Positions 13,060-26,383 of a stretch of DNA of 38,889 nt are shown here, piece by piece. Source of the DNA: Spirogloea muscicola (lineage: Eukaryota); contig WELB01000021.1 of NCBI GenBank assembly GCA_009602725.1, forward strand, positions 212,847 through 251,735, written 5' to 3'. Below the pieces are notes generated by a model. It did no database searches, had not been told where the DNA came from, and worked only from the letters and a program-made list of their open reading frames with translations. Both the position numbers and the translations under genes were made by a program. Numbering within the stretch: position 1 is the stretch's first letter; every line of letters starts with the position of its first letter.

Positions 13060-14100
13060 CATCGTCTGGGCAGGCCTCCTACAGCGCTACTTTCGACGTT
13101 GTTCGGCCCCTTTGGGCTTCGTCGTCTCGGGCTGGCTTTCCGCCGCTCTCGCCCCTTTGTGGATGCGCTTGCTATTCCCTCGTTGCCGTTCGTCTTCTGT
13201 TGGCTGGGAGAGCGCAGGGCCCACCTGGCACCCACATCCCTTGGCTGGCTGTTGCAGCGCACTTGCGCTTTGGCCGCTTCTTCGGGGGCTCCGTCGGGAT
13301 CGCTTTCCGGCAGCTGCTAGTCTGTCGGATGTGAGGCTCCTCACTCGTAACCACTGAGTGGGCCATCCTCCCCGTTCTGACATCGCATCTTCAGGCCCCC
13401 TCGTAGCTGCGTAGCGCTGTTTAGGCCCCTCCATCATCTGGCCCCTTCGAACCTTTGTCAATTCTCTATCGGGCTGGCTTTTCACAGCCCTTGCCCCCAT
13501 TGGGAGTGCCACTTCTCTCCGTCGCCGTGCCACTCTTACGCCGTACGCCGACTACCCGGCGGATGGATAATGCGTCTGTTCATATCCCCCCAGCGGTCCA
13601 TGGCCCAACGCCTTGCAACTGCTGCGGTGCTGGCCGTGCTCTAGCTGCTAGCACTTAGCACTCCGGCTCCTCCAGACCTTGTCCAGTCCTTTGGGCTGGC
13701 CTCTCACAGCCACCAGTCAATCTGGCCGCGCTTTCTTCGAGCTGCAGCCTCTGGCTTTCGTCAAGGAGAAAGACGCTTCCAGTAGAGGGCGATGGCTGCA
13801 GGGCCAGCAAAGGGGAGCTTCCCGGCATCAACACTGCCGGATCGCTTGCCCAGGTGTTCCTAATGCGGCTGTCTGTCTCCTTCCAACGCTCCCTGGCTCA
13901 CGCCGTGCACTTGCGGGCAGGCCGCGCTGTGGCTGCTGCTTCTGGGACTCGGCGGGGTGCCTCTTTTCCAGCTGCAACTTACTCCGACTTGCTGCTGCTA
14001 ACTCGGGGTTACTGAGCTCCCATCCGCTGTAGTCTCTTGTAAATCACACATAGCTGTGTGATTTAGGCGCCTCTCGGCCCTTTGGACCTTTTTGATTCGA
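13060..14100 (+). repeat. Dispersed repeat family copy (degenerate, possibly TE-derived)
   Basis: 13295-13517 aligns to the reverse complement of ~31600-31860, 13920-14075 aligns directly to ~32129-32270, and 13675-13732 aligns to 21805-21862. Confidence 0.85.
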
Positions 14101-14876
14101 GTGATCAACGGAATTGCTTCCCGCAGAAGGAAGAAAGCTCATTCCGGCGGCTACTCTTTCTGTCTTGCGACTACTAAGTAGAGGTTTACCAAGTGATAAT
14201 CCTCCATGGTCCTTGCTTTCATATGTGTTGGAGTGAACAAGGAGCGAGCGACAGTACTGCAATAGCTGCTAACAGCCAGCCATGTGTAACGAGAGCGAGC
14301 AACTTAGCAACAATTTATTGACAGTCGGTCATTCTTGACAGTAGCCCAGACAGGTGGAGAAGGTCATTAGAGGGCATGGCTGTGAAGCCAACCGCCAGCC
14401 TATGAGAATGAGTCGCAAAGTCGGTTTAGAATATGCATCAGAAACCGAGGTGAAGCTGTTATGGTGACATGTGAGCAAGCGACAGGTTTGAAGCTCTCGA
14501 TGCACCTTCCGGACCTGCTGGCGCTGGCACATAAAGTCTCAATGCCAGCGACCAAGCTTAGAATACTCGACAACCAATAGAAGGATGCCAGAAGCGAGTC
14601 CCTCGAAAGGCATCAGAGCGAAATGCGGCGCTGCAATTCCGATAGAGGTGCATGCCATGCTGCACGCACTTTGGCAGTGACAATGAGGAGACAATCTGAG
14701 CTGCCCATGTTTGCACGCTTGTTCCTCCACGTTTCAGATATTGAAGTTCGTTATGCCAGAGGCGCTCCTCCAATGACTTGTACTCGTCACACGGACATAA
14801 TGGATGACTGCAGGCACAGGCTGAGCTCTAAGGTCTTCTTTGGATTGTGACCAGCATCTTGCTTGTATGGAGTATG

Positions 14877-17800
14877 TCAACGAGGGCGTCCAAATGTTGG
14901 AATCTGTGGGTAATGACCATTGTTAGCATACCCTCGGTGCAGGCCGCTATGCCAAGGTCCTCTTCTGAAGTACCAAAGATGACATCTTGATTGTAAGTTG
15001 AGAATGAAGGCAAATTCACAATCCCCTTGTCAGATATCTGAGAGGATGGTTGGAGGCCAGAAAATCACACCTCCACACCGCGGGGGCCAATGCGGTTGCG
15101 CGAGACAAACGCGAGCACCGCGGACGCAAACTCGTCTGGGTCGTCCTCCTGTATCGCATGGCCTGCGTGCCGCACGACGAGCATCTGGAACCGTCCCTGC
15201 ATCTGGGCGATGGTTAAGGACCTGCAAAGCAAGGCCCCGCCCATCATCCCGTCAGCTACAGCCCTTGACCAGACATCAGCAAGATATTCGTGAAACACTA
15301 ACCCCTCTAGCGTGAACCGTAGACCCAACCCATATTCCAATACCCAACTTCTAGAATCTTGGCCCCGGTCCCCTAAGTCTACCACCAGTTCCTGAAGATC
15401 CGTCTTTACATATTGATTTACTCAATGGCTGCTAGATGGCAGCCCAATAGTGCCTTGCGATACATGAAATTGAAACAGATGCTGGGCTACGAACTGGTCA
15501 ACGGAGACAAGGAGGCCTGCTCTTCGCACTTGTCGAGCCGATCGGTGCCGGCGAGGAGTAGCAGCTTTGCAACGGGGCAGCTCAGAAACACGTCCGACAG
15601 GCCCTCGTACCTAGTTAAATAAGATTAGTGTCATGATGCCTAGCCATTGAATTCTGTTGGGCAAGAGCCTGAAAATTGCAAGAAATGCTGCTGAGCCACG
15701 GAGTCCTTGTGGCACAGACTGCAATCTGTGGCTATGCAGATGCTCATGTTCCTTACATAAGCAGCAAGATTGGGGTATGTGTTGCCGTACCAGCCCTGCC
15801 AGTACGGTTCGCTCTCCTCAAGAGGTGTCAGCCACTTGTACCTGCACGAATTTAGACTTGGGTCATCACACGAGGTCACATGAGAAACTTGCATGAATCA
15901 CAACACAGCCACAGATGTCAGATAGACATGCTGATTTGAAACTTGATTCCTTGATCATACATTCCTGTTAAGCAACATGCTGTATCACTGTACCACCCAC
16001 TTAGGACAGGTCCAAACACACAAGGACTGGACACACTGCGGCAGCATGCAGCTTGCCTTCCCCATCGGCTCAATGACAATCATCACATACTTTCCACTGA
16101 CGGGATCCTGCCAGAGCGTGGACGGCACCGAGACCCTGGCGGAGTCCACGTTTCGGAGGGAGCCGCACCGCACGCTCCACTCGATCTGCAGGAGGTGGCC
16201 AACCGGCCTAAACATCAGGAGCAAAGATTGTCTATAGGAGTGCATAGAGGATCTTTTGATCTCAAGGACGGTATATGCAAAGGCTCCAAGCTACAATGAG
16301 CGACTCTTTCTGGATTGCTCGACACAAGCAGGCCATGCCCATTGGAGTGCTGGAGTGATTTCTCGAGTGATTGAATTTTCAAACTGTGTTTCGCATCAGC
16401 ATCCTTTGGTCTTGCTCTTACAGAAAGGCATGTGCAGGAAGGTGAAACTCTTACAGCCTTCTCAAGGGAGGGGAAGGAGGGAGGCCGGTTCGCCAGGATG
16501 CTCTGCATGAACTGCAGCGATGACATGGCCGTGCCCTGCGGTACACGAACGAGAGCGACGACCAGCGCACAGGAGATGAAGTCAGAGGCTGCAAGCACGA
16601 ACATCAGCTGGTCTGCAACTCAGAGAAGCTCTGAGCCCATGAACTGACTCGGCCAGGTCCGCACCTCCACCACATCAACCACGACCAGGGCCGCAAGCGT
16701 CGGGAGCTCCCGGCTCGCAGCGACGCGCACGGCAATGGCCCCTCCCATGCTGGCTCCTCACATGTCAGACAAGTACCACAATAACAGTGCCGTGAGACTA
16801 CAGTGGGCAATGGCACCCTGCAGCGTAGCAGTGCTTGGAAGAAGCACATGATTGATGTAAGGTAGAGTAGATCTAAGGGTCTAGGGGTACTTTAGAGACG
16901 AACAGCGGTGGAAATGTGGGCCGTCTGCACCTGTGCCCAACAAGGACAATGGCAGGCGGGTTGTCGCCGAACATCGCCTGCACGAGCGCCACCACGTCCT
17001 TGCACAAAGTCTGTGGCAAGCAAGCAATGAGTGTATGAAGAGCCCTCATCCGGAGAGCCCCAAGAGCACAGAGCATGACCATCTGTTGCTGGCACAACAA
17101 AAGTGCATTCTGATGGTGGGAAATGTTTGCGAGGACAAGGAAGTTGGCAGAAGGAGAAAGCGGAAGGTGGAAGAGCCAAGCGGCAAAGGTATGCCGCCTA
17201 AATTTGAGGACGCTCAGTACTGGCAGGGGTCCTTAGGGTTCTCATTTTGCAGCTAAGGACTCACAAAGCATATTAGAGATGTATGTTGACGGAGGAGGGG
17301 GTCCAAAGTCAGAGGAGGGAGGGGAGGCGAACGAGGCGGCAATTGGGCGATGGACAGCCATCCATTCACCTGCGAGGAGAGGTCGCGGTCATCAGCGGTG
17401 CAAGAGCTCCCGTGCCCACGTAGGTCCGGAGCCACGACTCTCACTTGCTCTCTGAGGTGCTTGGCTGCGAGAGCGAATGACAGCCTGCAGGCCCATGAAG
17501 GTACTGCCTCGCTTAATCGGTCGCCTCCTTCGTTGCACGAGCAAAGACAACATAATTACATAGAAATTGATTGAAACCCGTTGGCTACATCGGCTAGCAA
17601 GCAGGGCTGAGGGAAATGACAGCTCTAGCGCAATTGGCTGCGCTCACCCAGAGTACCCGCCTCCGTGCAGGCAGAGGACGACCGGCCCCTCGCTGCCAGC
17701 AGTGTATACGTGGAACACCTGCAGGGCGATCTCAAGGAGAGCATCAAGGCAAGCTCTGCCAAATGCTTTACCAAAACAACCCGAAACCTGTAAATCCTAA

Positions 17801-18311
17801 ACCCCAGCCCCTACCCTTAACCCTAACCTCTAACCCCCTAAAACCTAAAAGAGAGGGGCTCTTCTAGTAGAGGGTGATGGCTGTGACTGGCCAGAAAATC
17901 GGATAAAGATATTGAAGCGGCCAGATAAGCGTTGGAGCACACAGCGACTTAAGTGGCCACTGGGTGCTCGAAGCCAGCAGGAGTGGAGGACAAGGGAGGC
18001 GTTTCAGGCGGGAAGGCTGGACGCCAGATGCCAGCAATGGGTCCCGGCGCTCACGTCGCCGGTCCCGGGGATGGCGACGTCGGTGGCGGCGTCGAAGTAA
18101 GGCGTCCATGGCAATGGCGCATACTTGTCGCTGCCGCCGCCGCCGTCAGGGCCTGACCTGCGGCAGTGGCACACACCCGTCAGTCGCCAAGTAGCGGGAA
18201 GTCGTAGGCGAGAGGTCGGGGGTTCGAGCCCCGGCGGTGTCATGCACGAAAGCCATAGCTATCTGACGGCGCGCACCTTCCGCCGCCGCCGGAGGCGGCG
18301 GAGCGGTGCAT
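14877..18311 (-). CDS. PME1: Protein phosphatase methylesterase 1 (PME-1), alpha/beta hydrolase; true start uncertain
   Basis: Eleven GT-AG exons: [52 protein letters not shown] (nucleophile elbow), [64 protein letters not shown], and last exon 14877-14903 IPTFGRPR*. Confidence 0.92.
17791..17850 (+). repeat. Degenerate telomere-like (CCCTAA/CCCTAAA) tract in a PME1 intron
   Basis: TAAATCCTAAACCCCAGCCCCTACCCTTAACCCTAACCTCTAACCCCCTAAAACCTAAAA. Confidence 0.6.
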
Positions 18312-18375
18312 GCTCTGCGCATAGCGGGAGGCGGGCGCCGGCGCCGGCGCCGCCGCCGCCGCGCCGGCGGCGCGC

Positions 18376-18540
18376 GTGGTACTCGAGCAGGCGCTCGCGG
18401 AAGGGCGCGCAGAAGTAGAGCGCCTGCAGGACGGAGTTGCAGTAGCAGGTGTTGCCGAAGTTCTCGAGGCCAAAGTAGCGCTCGCCCTCGGGGAAGGCGT
18501 CGCCCAGCGCCTTCTCCAGCTTCGACCCCGAGCTGCCCAT
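18376..18540 (-). pseudogene. Isolated N-terminal fragment of a UBP3/UBP4 (USP12/46-type) ubiquitin-specific protease; truncated gene or assembly chimera
   Basis: [54 protein letters not shown] is nearly identical to the plant UBP3/4 start, including the Cys box. Similarity stops at a GC-rich repeat, and no QDAHEF or His-box exons were found in the window. Confidence 0.75.
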
Positions 18541-19115
18541 CAAGGAGGACCCGCCGCCGCCGCCGGCGCCGCCGCTGCCGCTGCAGCCGGCTCAGCAGGC
18601 CCTCGCCCGCCCTGCCACTCTCGATTCTGGCTTTTCCAAGTGCCTCCAGTCGCCACTTNNNNNNNNNNNNNNNNNNNNNNNNNNNNNNNNNNNNNNNNNN
18701 NNNNNNNNNNNNNNNNNNNNNNNNNNNNNNNNNNNNNNNNNNNNNNNNNNNNNNNNNNNNNNNNNNNNNNNNNNNNNNNNNNNNNNNNNNNNNNNNNNNN
18801 NNNNNNNNNNNNNNNNNNNNNNNNNNNNNNNNNNNNNNNNNNNNNNNNNNNNNNNNNNNNNNNNNNNNNNNNNNNNNNNNNNNNNNNNNNNNNNNNNNNN
18901 NNNNNNNNNNNNNNNNNNNNNNNNNNNNNNNNNNNNNNNNNNNNNNNNNNNNNNNNNNNNNNNNNNNNNNNNNNNNNNNNNNNNNNNNNNNNNNNNNNNN
19001 NNNNNNNNNNNNNNNNNNNNNNNNNNNNNNNNNNNNNNNNNNNNNNNNNNNNNNNNNNNNNNNNNNNNNNNNNNNNNNNNNNNNNNNNNNNNNNNNNNNN
19101 NNNNNNNNNNNNNNN

Positions 19116-20478
19116 GCGCCGGTGCTGCGCCACGGTGGCGGCGGCCGCGGGGCCGGGCGCCGGCGACTACCCGGCGGCGCCCAGGAGGAAGGCCGCGGAG
19201 GCGGCGGCCGAGCCACGCCGGCTCCCCGAGTTCCAGGACCTCGACGATGGTACGACGACCTTAAACCCCAAACCCTGACACCCCACGTAACGTTGCAGCG
19301 CAGCCGGATTCAGTGACTGACAATCTAGTGACTGCCCATGCCAAGCCTGCTTTCACTGTTATAACCAACATTAGTGAGAAAGTTTACGATATGCTCTGCA
19401 AGCTTGTGAAGATCATCTGTTCTAGTGCGTGCAGCGCCGCTTTCATTGGCAGCACCCCCTTAGTGGGCCAGCAAGCCCGGCGTTGCAGCGTACTCACGTC
19501 TGGCGGCGCTGCTTCGGACGCACTGCAGAGGATCTGGAGCTCCTGCTTGAGCTGGACTTTGAGAGCGGCAAGGACGCCGAGATCAGTCAGTCCCGCCGGC
19601 CCCCACCTCGCAATAATGCGCGCCGCCTCGAGGCTGCGGCGCCTCAGCTGCGGAGTTGCTTGTGACGAGAATGTATGGTATGCAGCGGGACAGCCGGGCG
19701 GCAGCTCGCTCCCACCCGGCTCACGACGTGGTGCCGGTGCTTGGCATGGCGCCAGACCGGCACTACGAGATCATGTTCCTGGTCGGGGAGAACCACCTCG
19801 AGGAGGTGCCAAAGGTCGTCAAGAGTGTGCAAGGTGCGGCCTAAGCCCCCATGCCTCCTTGACTAATGCTCTCGGCATGTAATCAAGGCCGGCCCGAGCA
19901 GTGCTCTTGCCGCTGCTTTTGCGTGGGGGGATAGTCAGCACATCCTGACATCGGTCAGATGCAGCGAGTTGCTGCTTCAAGGCTGAGCCAATTGTTTGCT
20001 TGCTGAATAAAGTCGCCGACTGACTTGTGTCTCTCTCACACTTGCAGCATTTGTGGACGGCTGCCATGGTAAGACCTGGAGGCTCAATGATTGGGGCCTG
20101 CGGACTTTGGCATACCCAATCCAGAAACAGCGACGTGCTAACTACGTGCTCATGAATGTGGAGATTCCACGGCACCTCATCAACGATCTCGAGAAGCAGC
20201 TGATGGCTGACGAGCGCATAGTCCGGCAGCTCATCACGCGGCAAAAGGCCGCCGTCACTCAAGAATCTATGCCGCCGCCGCAATACAATCAGCTCCCTCC
20301 TGGCGAGGAGACAGATGAGGAGGCTGAGATCACCGGCAGTCTTGAGGATGGCGAGGAGGACGACGAGGAAGATGAGGAGGACGAATATGAGGAGAGTGAA
20401 GATGGGGAGGAGGAGGGCGGCGATGGGGAGGCACAGGGCCACATGCTGGCGTCGAAGCAGCAGGAATTTGTCAGGTAA
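19116..20478 (+). CDS. RFC3: Plastid ribosomal protein bS6-family protein, RFC3-like (REGULATOR OF FATTY ACID COMPOSITION 3); 5' end in gap
   Basis: Exons give RHYEIMFLVGENHLEEVPKVVKSVQ|AFVDGCHGKTWRLNDWGLRTLAYPIQKQRRANYVLMNVEI..DERIVRQLITRQKAAVTQESMPPPQY, then an acidic D/E tail. This is the bS6 signature (WGxRxLAYxI) with the RFC3-type PPP motif and acidic C-terminus. Confidence 0.82.
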
Positions 20479-21299
20479 TGCCGCTTATTTGTGCTGGTGC
20501 TGGTCCCAAGGGTGGAGAAGCTGGAAGCAGCGCACGCAACCGTCGTTTGCCTCTGGCTGCTGGCAGTAGCCCTCTGCTCGGTTGCAAAGTGAACACCCTC
20601 TTTTGAGCTACTCGGTCTGTTTTGAGTCTCTCATTAGTGTATCTTATCAGTGAGATGCGCGTCCTGGCAAGTCCATGCCTAGGATGATCACCCTCCCCGT
20701 TGACACATCTTCCTGGTGCTCATGCCATTTGCTCCTCGTCTTTGTAGTCGTTGTCATCCTCTGTATCCTTGCTTTTTGGGCCAACTCTTGTTGCACAAGC
20801 GCGTTTCAGTCTTGTAAAGCCTTCAGGCACAAGTTCCGGCTCTGTGTTGGCCACTCTTGTCCATATTCGGGCAGGCTCCAACAAACCCACTGCTCTTAAG
20901 GGAAGCCCAGGTCATGCTACTCTTTGCAGTTCTCCTGTATCTTTGTCTGCCTGTCCAGTCATGCTTCGTATGCCTCAATCTAGATGTCTTGGCCAGTGTG
21001 GGCTCCGTGCCTCCCTGCTACTGTGACCAGTCCACTGACTTGCAGATAAAGGGCCTGTGACAAGAGTAGGTCATCTTTGATTTCCTATATGCTGGGACTA
21101 GTCCATCGCGGGACGTTCCACTCGCGACAGAAAGCATCTCCCATTGAGGGCGGGGTGCAGTCCTTGTTTCTCTGTACCTTCAAGGACCTTGCTTTTCTTG
21201 TTGTCTTCCCTAACCTTTGCCCCCTGGGAAGAAATCAAAAATCGCATGCACCTCTTGGTGGGCTGCTTTCAGACTGGCCAAGCACAACCGCTGCACCTC

Positions 21300-21865
21300 T
21301 GAAGGAGCTATCAGATCTTCTTTCGGGCTGGCTATACGCAGCATTGTCCCACTAAAGGGTCTCCGTCCCTAACCACTCCTGTATACATGAGCTACTTACC
21401 TTGGCCATCGCCCTTCTTGGTTGGCTCATTTCCTTCCACTTCTCTTTTTCTGCCACCAAAATCTCCTGTCGTTAGGTGACCTTTTTGCTTTCCGGGCCCA
21501 TTAGACCTTGTCCATCCTTTGGTCTGGCCTCTCACAGCCAGCGGGAAATGCTCGCCCACAGATAGTGCTCGCCCATTGTCGACGCTTTTCCGTACGTCCA
21601 AATCTGCATTTGTTGACTAGAGATTATTGAGCGTCTGTCCGCTTGTTGGGCAGGCTCGTCCTGCATTTACAAATCTTGTTCCTATGTTGGGCTGGCCCAG
21701 CCATTGCCTTCACATTGTGAGAAGACGAATTGGTTCTTCCACTGGAAAAGGAAATCATTGTCTAAATGGTGCAAGGGCTGTGAACAGCCACTCCGACTCC
21801 TTCAGACCTTGTCCATTCTTTTGGGCTGGCCTCTCCCAGCCACCAGTTAATCTGGCCGCGCTTGC
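21300..21865 (+). repeat. Dispersed repeat family copy (array of short units)
   Basis: Units GACCTTGTCCAT..TTTGG(G/T)CTGGCCTCTC(A/C)CAGCCA at 21504-21539 and 21805-21841, with degenerate units near 21320 and 21673. Confidence 0.75.
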
Positions 21866-22432
21866 TGCAGCCCGAAAAGACTAAGAGCTGTTTACTCCTT
21901 ACTAGTCGTTGCGAACCGCCACCAACTTCGTCGTTCACCAAGTGGAAGAAACACTCCCGCCCCGGCCCACACCAAGTGGGGGCGGGGCGGGAGGCCGATC
22001 CTCTGCGGGAGAGCGATCGTCCCACTACTGAAATAGGTGGGCCGCCCCGATGCCCACAGAGGAGTCGACACCCGCAGGGCTTCTTTTCATCCGGACCGGC
22101 TACTCCGGTTATTCGGCAGCGCTCGGCGGGCCCGGGAGCCGGAGCCCGCGGTAACCGCGGTCGGATAACCCCGCCCGTCGCCCCTCCCCACGCCCGACGA
22201 AGCCCCCTGCCGGCAGCCGACCACTGGCGTCGGGCGGGCTGACCGTTAGCTTCGCTTTCCCTCCCCCGCCACCGGGCCCGCCGCCGCCGCCGCCGCCGCC
22301 GCCGNTCGCGCGGCCCGCTCCTCGCGGCGCCGATCGCTCCGCGAATCCGCCGCCTGCGGCCGCGTCCCTCCTCCCCACGCTCAGCTGGCCGCCGCCGCTG
22401 CCGCTGCAACCGCCGCCGCTGCCGCCGGCGGC

Positions 22433-24910
<2,478 letters not shown>

Positions 24911-26383
24911 GCACAACCTTCGCCAAAGCTTGCACTCTGTGCTGCGACACTGTCACTCCATTACTTGGTGTCTCTTTCACCGGTACTCGTGGTGCACATT
25001 GTAACGCCCTTAGCACAACCAAGTCCACCTTGCTCTTTCCTCTTGTACCCATGCTGTGCGGTGAGCCTAGAATGTTCGACTGCTGTGCCATTGCTTCGGA
25101 AGCGCTTTGCTGCTTTGCCAGCTGTGAGAGTGTCACTGTGGAGTCAGGCGTCTGTCTTCCTGTGCAACAACAACAGCACGAATCAATGTGCTCCAACAGA
25201 TGGGGCAAAATGCCGTCATATAGACTGTGACCACAGTCATAGCACTCGCTGGGTCCTGCAGGGTTGCACTTACTCGCAGGCCGCTTGCTATCCATGGGGT
25301 TCGCCCTACAAGGTCTCTGTAGGCGCTGTCGGTCTTGACCTCTTACCGAGAGCACGGGACCCTGCTGAGTAACAACCTCTGTTGGCAGGACTGTCTCTGC
25401 ATTTCCAGTTGAACTATGAGAGAGTTTACTGAGAGGAAGAAGGGTTGAGTGGACTTTCAATTTGGTGTACTCTCAGCCTGACATATATCTCAAAGCATGC
25501 CCTCAGGTGGTCACATTGGTTAGTGCAATGATTCGAGTCACTTGCCGTTGAAAACTGCACAGAAGTTGCTGTCAGTAAGCTCTGCAGATGTCTTCATCTG
25601 CATTTGCGTATGTCACCTTGGCCCTCTGCCAACAACTTTACTACCAGGAGACCTGTGATGTATTATTGCATCAGGATTTCTCAGCTTTGATCCATGACGA
25701 AGATTTACAGCTTGGTCTGCTTGTGAGGCTGAAAATTAGAGGATGCAATCCTGGCCGCTGTAACAGTGTCTCCCTGAAGGATCTTCAATTGCGCTTGCTG
25801 CCTACAAGAGTTCTTCAGTGGAGTGCGTACATGGCTCTGCAGGTGCAGCGTGCTAGGAACATGTCTCAGTAGTAGAGACCCTAAAGCAACAGCTAAGGCA
25901 ATGGACGTGAATCTGGAGGCTGTTACTTGGAGTGTGAGGGGAAATGCTCCCTTTGAAGAGCAAGTGCATGCTCCACTTACAACGCAGTTGCACCTTGCCC
26001 CTAACTAATCAAGGACAGAATGTAAGCAAGCTGGAGTGTCAGAGATCAACCCGTTGCTTGAAGTTTACTTGATGAGCATACTGAAGCACTAAGCCATGGG
26101 TGCCCGGCCAGCCAACAGTGGCGTACGCCCCAGGGACACCTGAGCAGATCGATGTGGCAGATCGATGTTGCAGCTGCTGCTTAAGTGATGCCCGACGGTA
26201 ACCATTGGCTGATTTGAGCAGCAAGAGTGCAGTGATGGAAGCTAGTGGCATTCGTAATGCAACCTGTGCTGAACACCACCTTGTTGTGACCACAGTAATG
26301 CAGGTGCTCCTAGTTGCTAGTTGGTCTGGCAGCCAGTCCTGTGACCACCGTGACCCCTCGCTGTTAACAGGAGGTGCCAAAGT

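Noticed and set aside
12459..13357. ORFs with poly-Lys or poly-Phe tracts, or a retro-insertion poly(A) tail (AGAGCGGC on both sides)
   Set aside because: The run abuts an N and interrupts a likely coding exon. The same pattern occurs at 34181-34200 beside a gap, so it is most likely a gap-filling artefact. The 8-bp flanking match is weak in GC-rich DNA.
13451..13711. CRISPR-like array of ~37-nt hairpin repeats
   Set aside because: Spacing is irregular and long, units are degenerate, there are no cas genes and the context is eukaryotic.
21961..21990. SRP (7SL) RNA-like CCAAGTGGGGGC
   Set aside because: No Alu-domain 5' sequence or helix-8 motif in the surrounding sequence.
25580..25870. Series of short exon-like segments on the + strand between GMD and CTPA1
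   Set aside because: No recognisable protein and no coherent spliced frame; may be UTR or a decayed gene.
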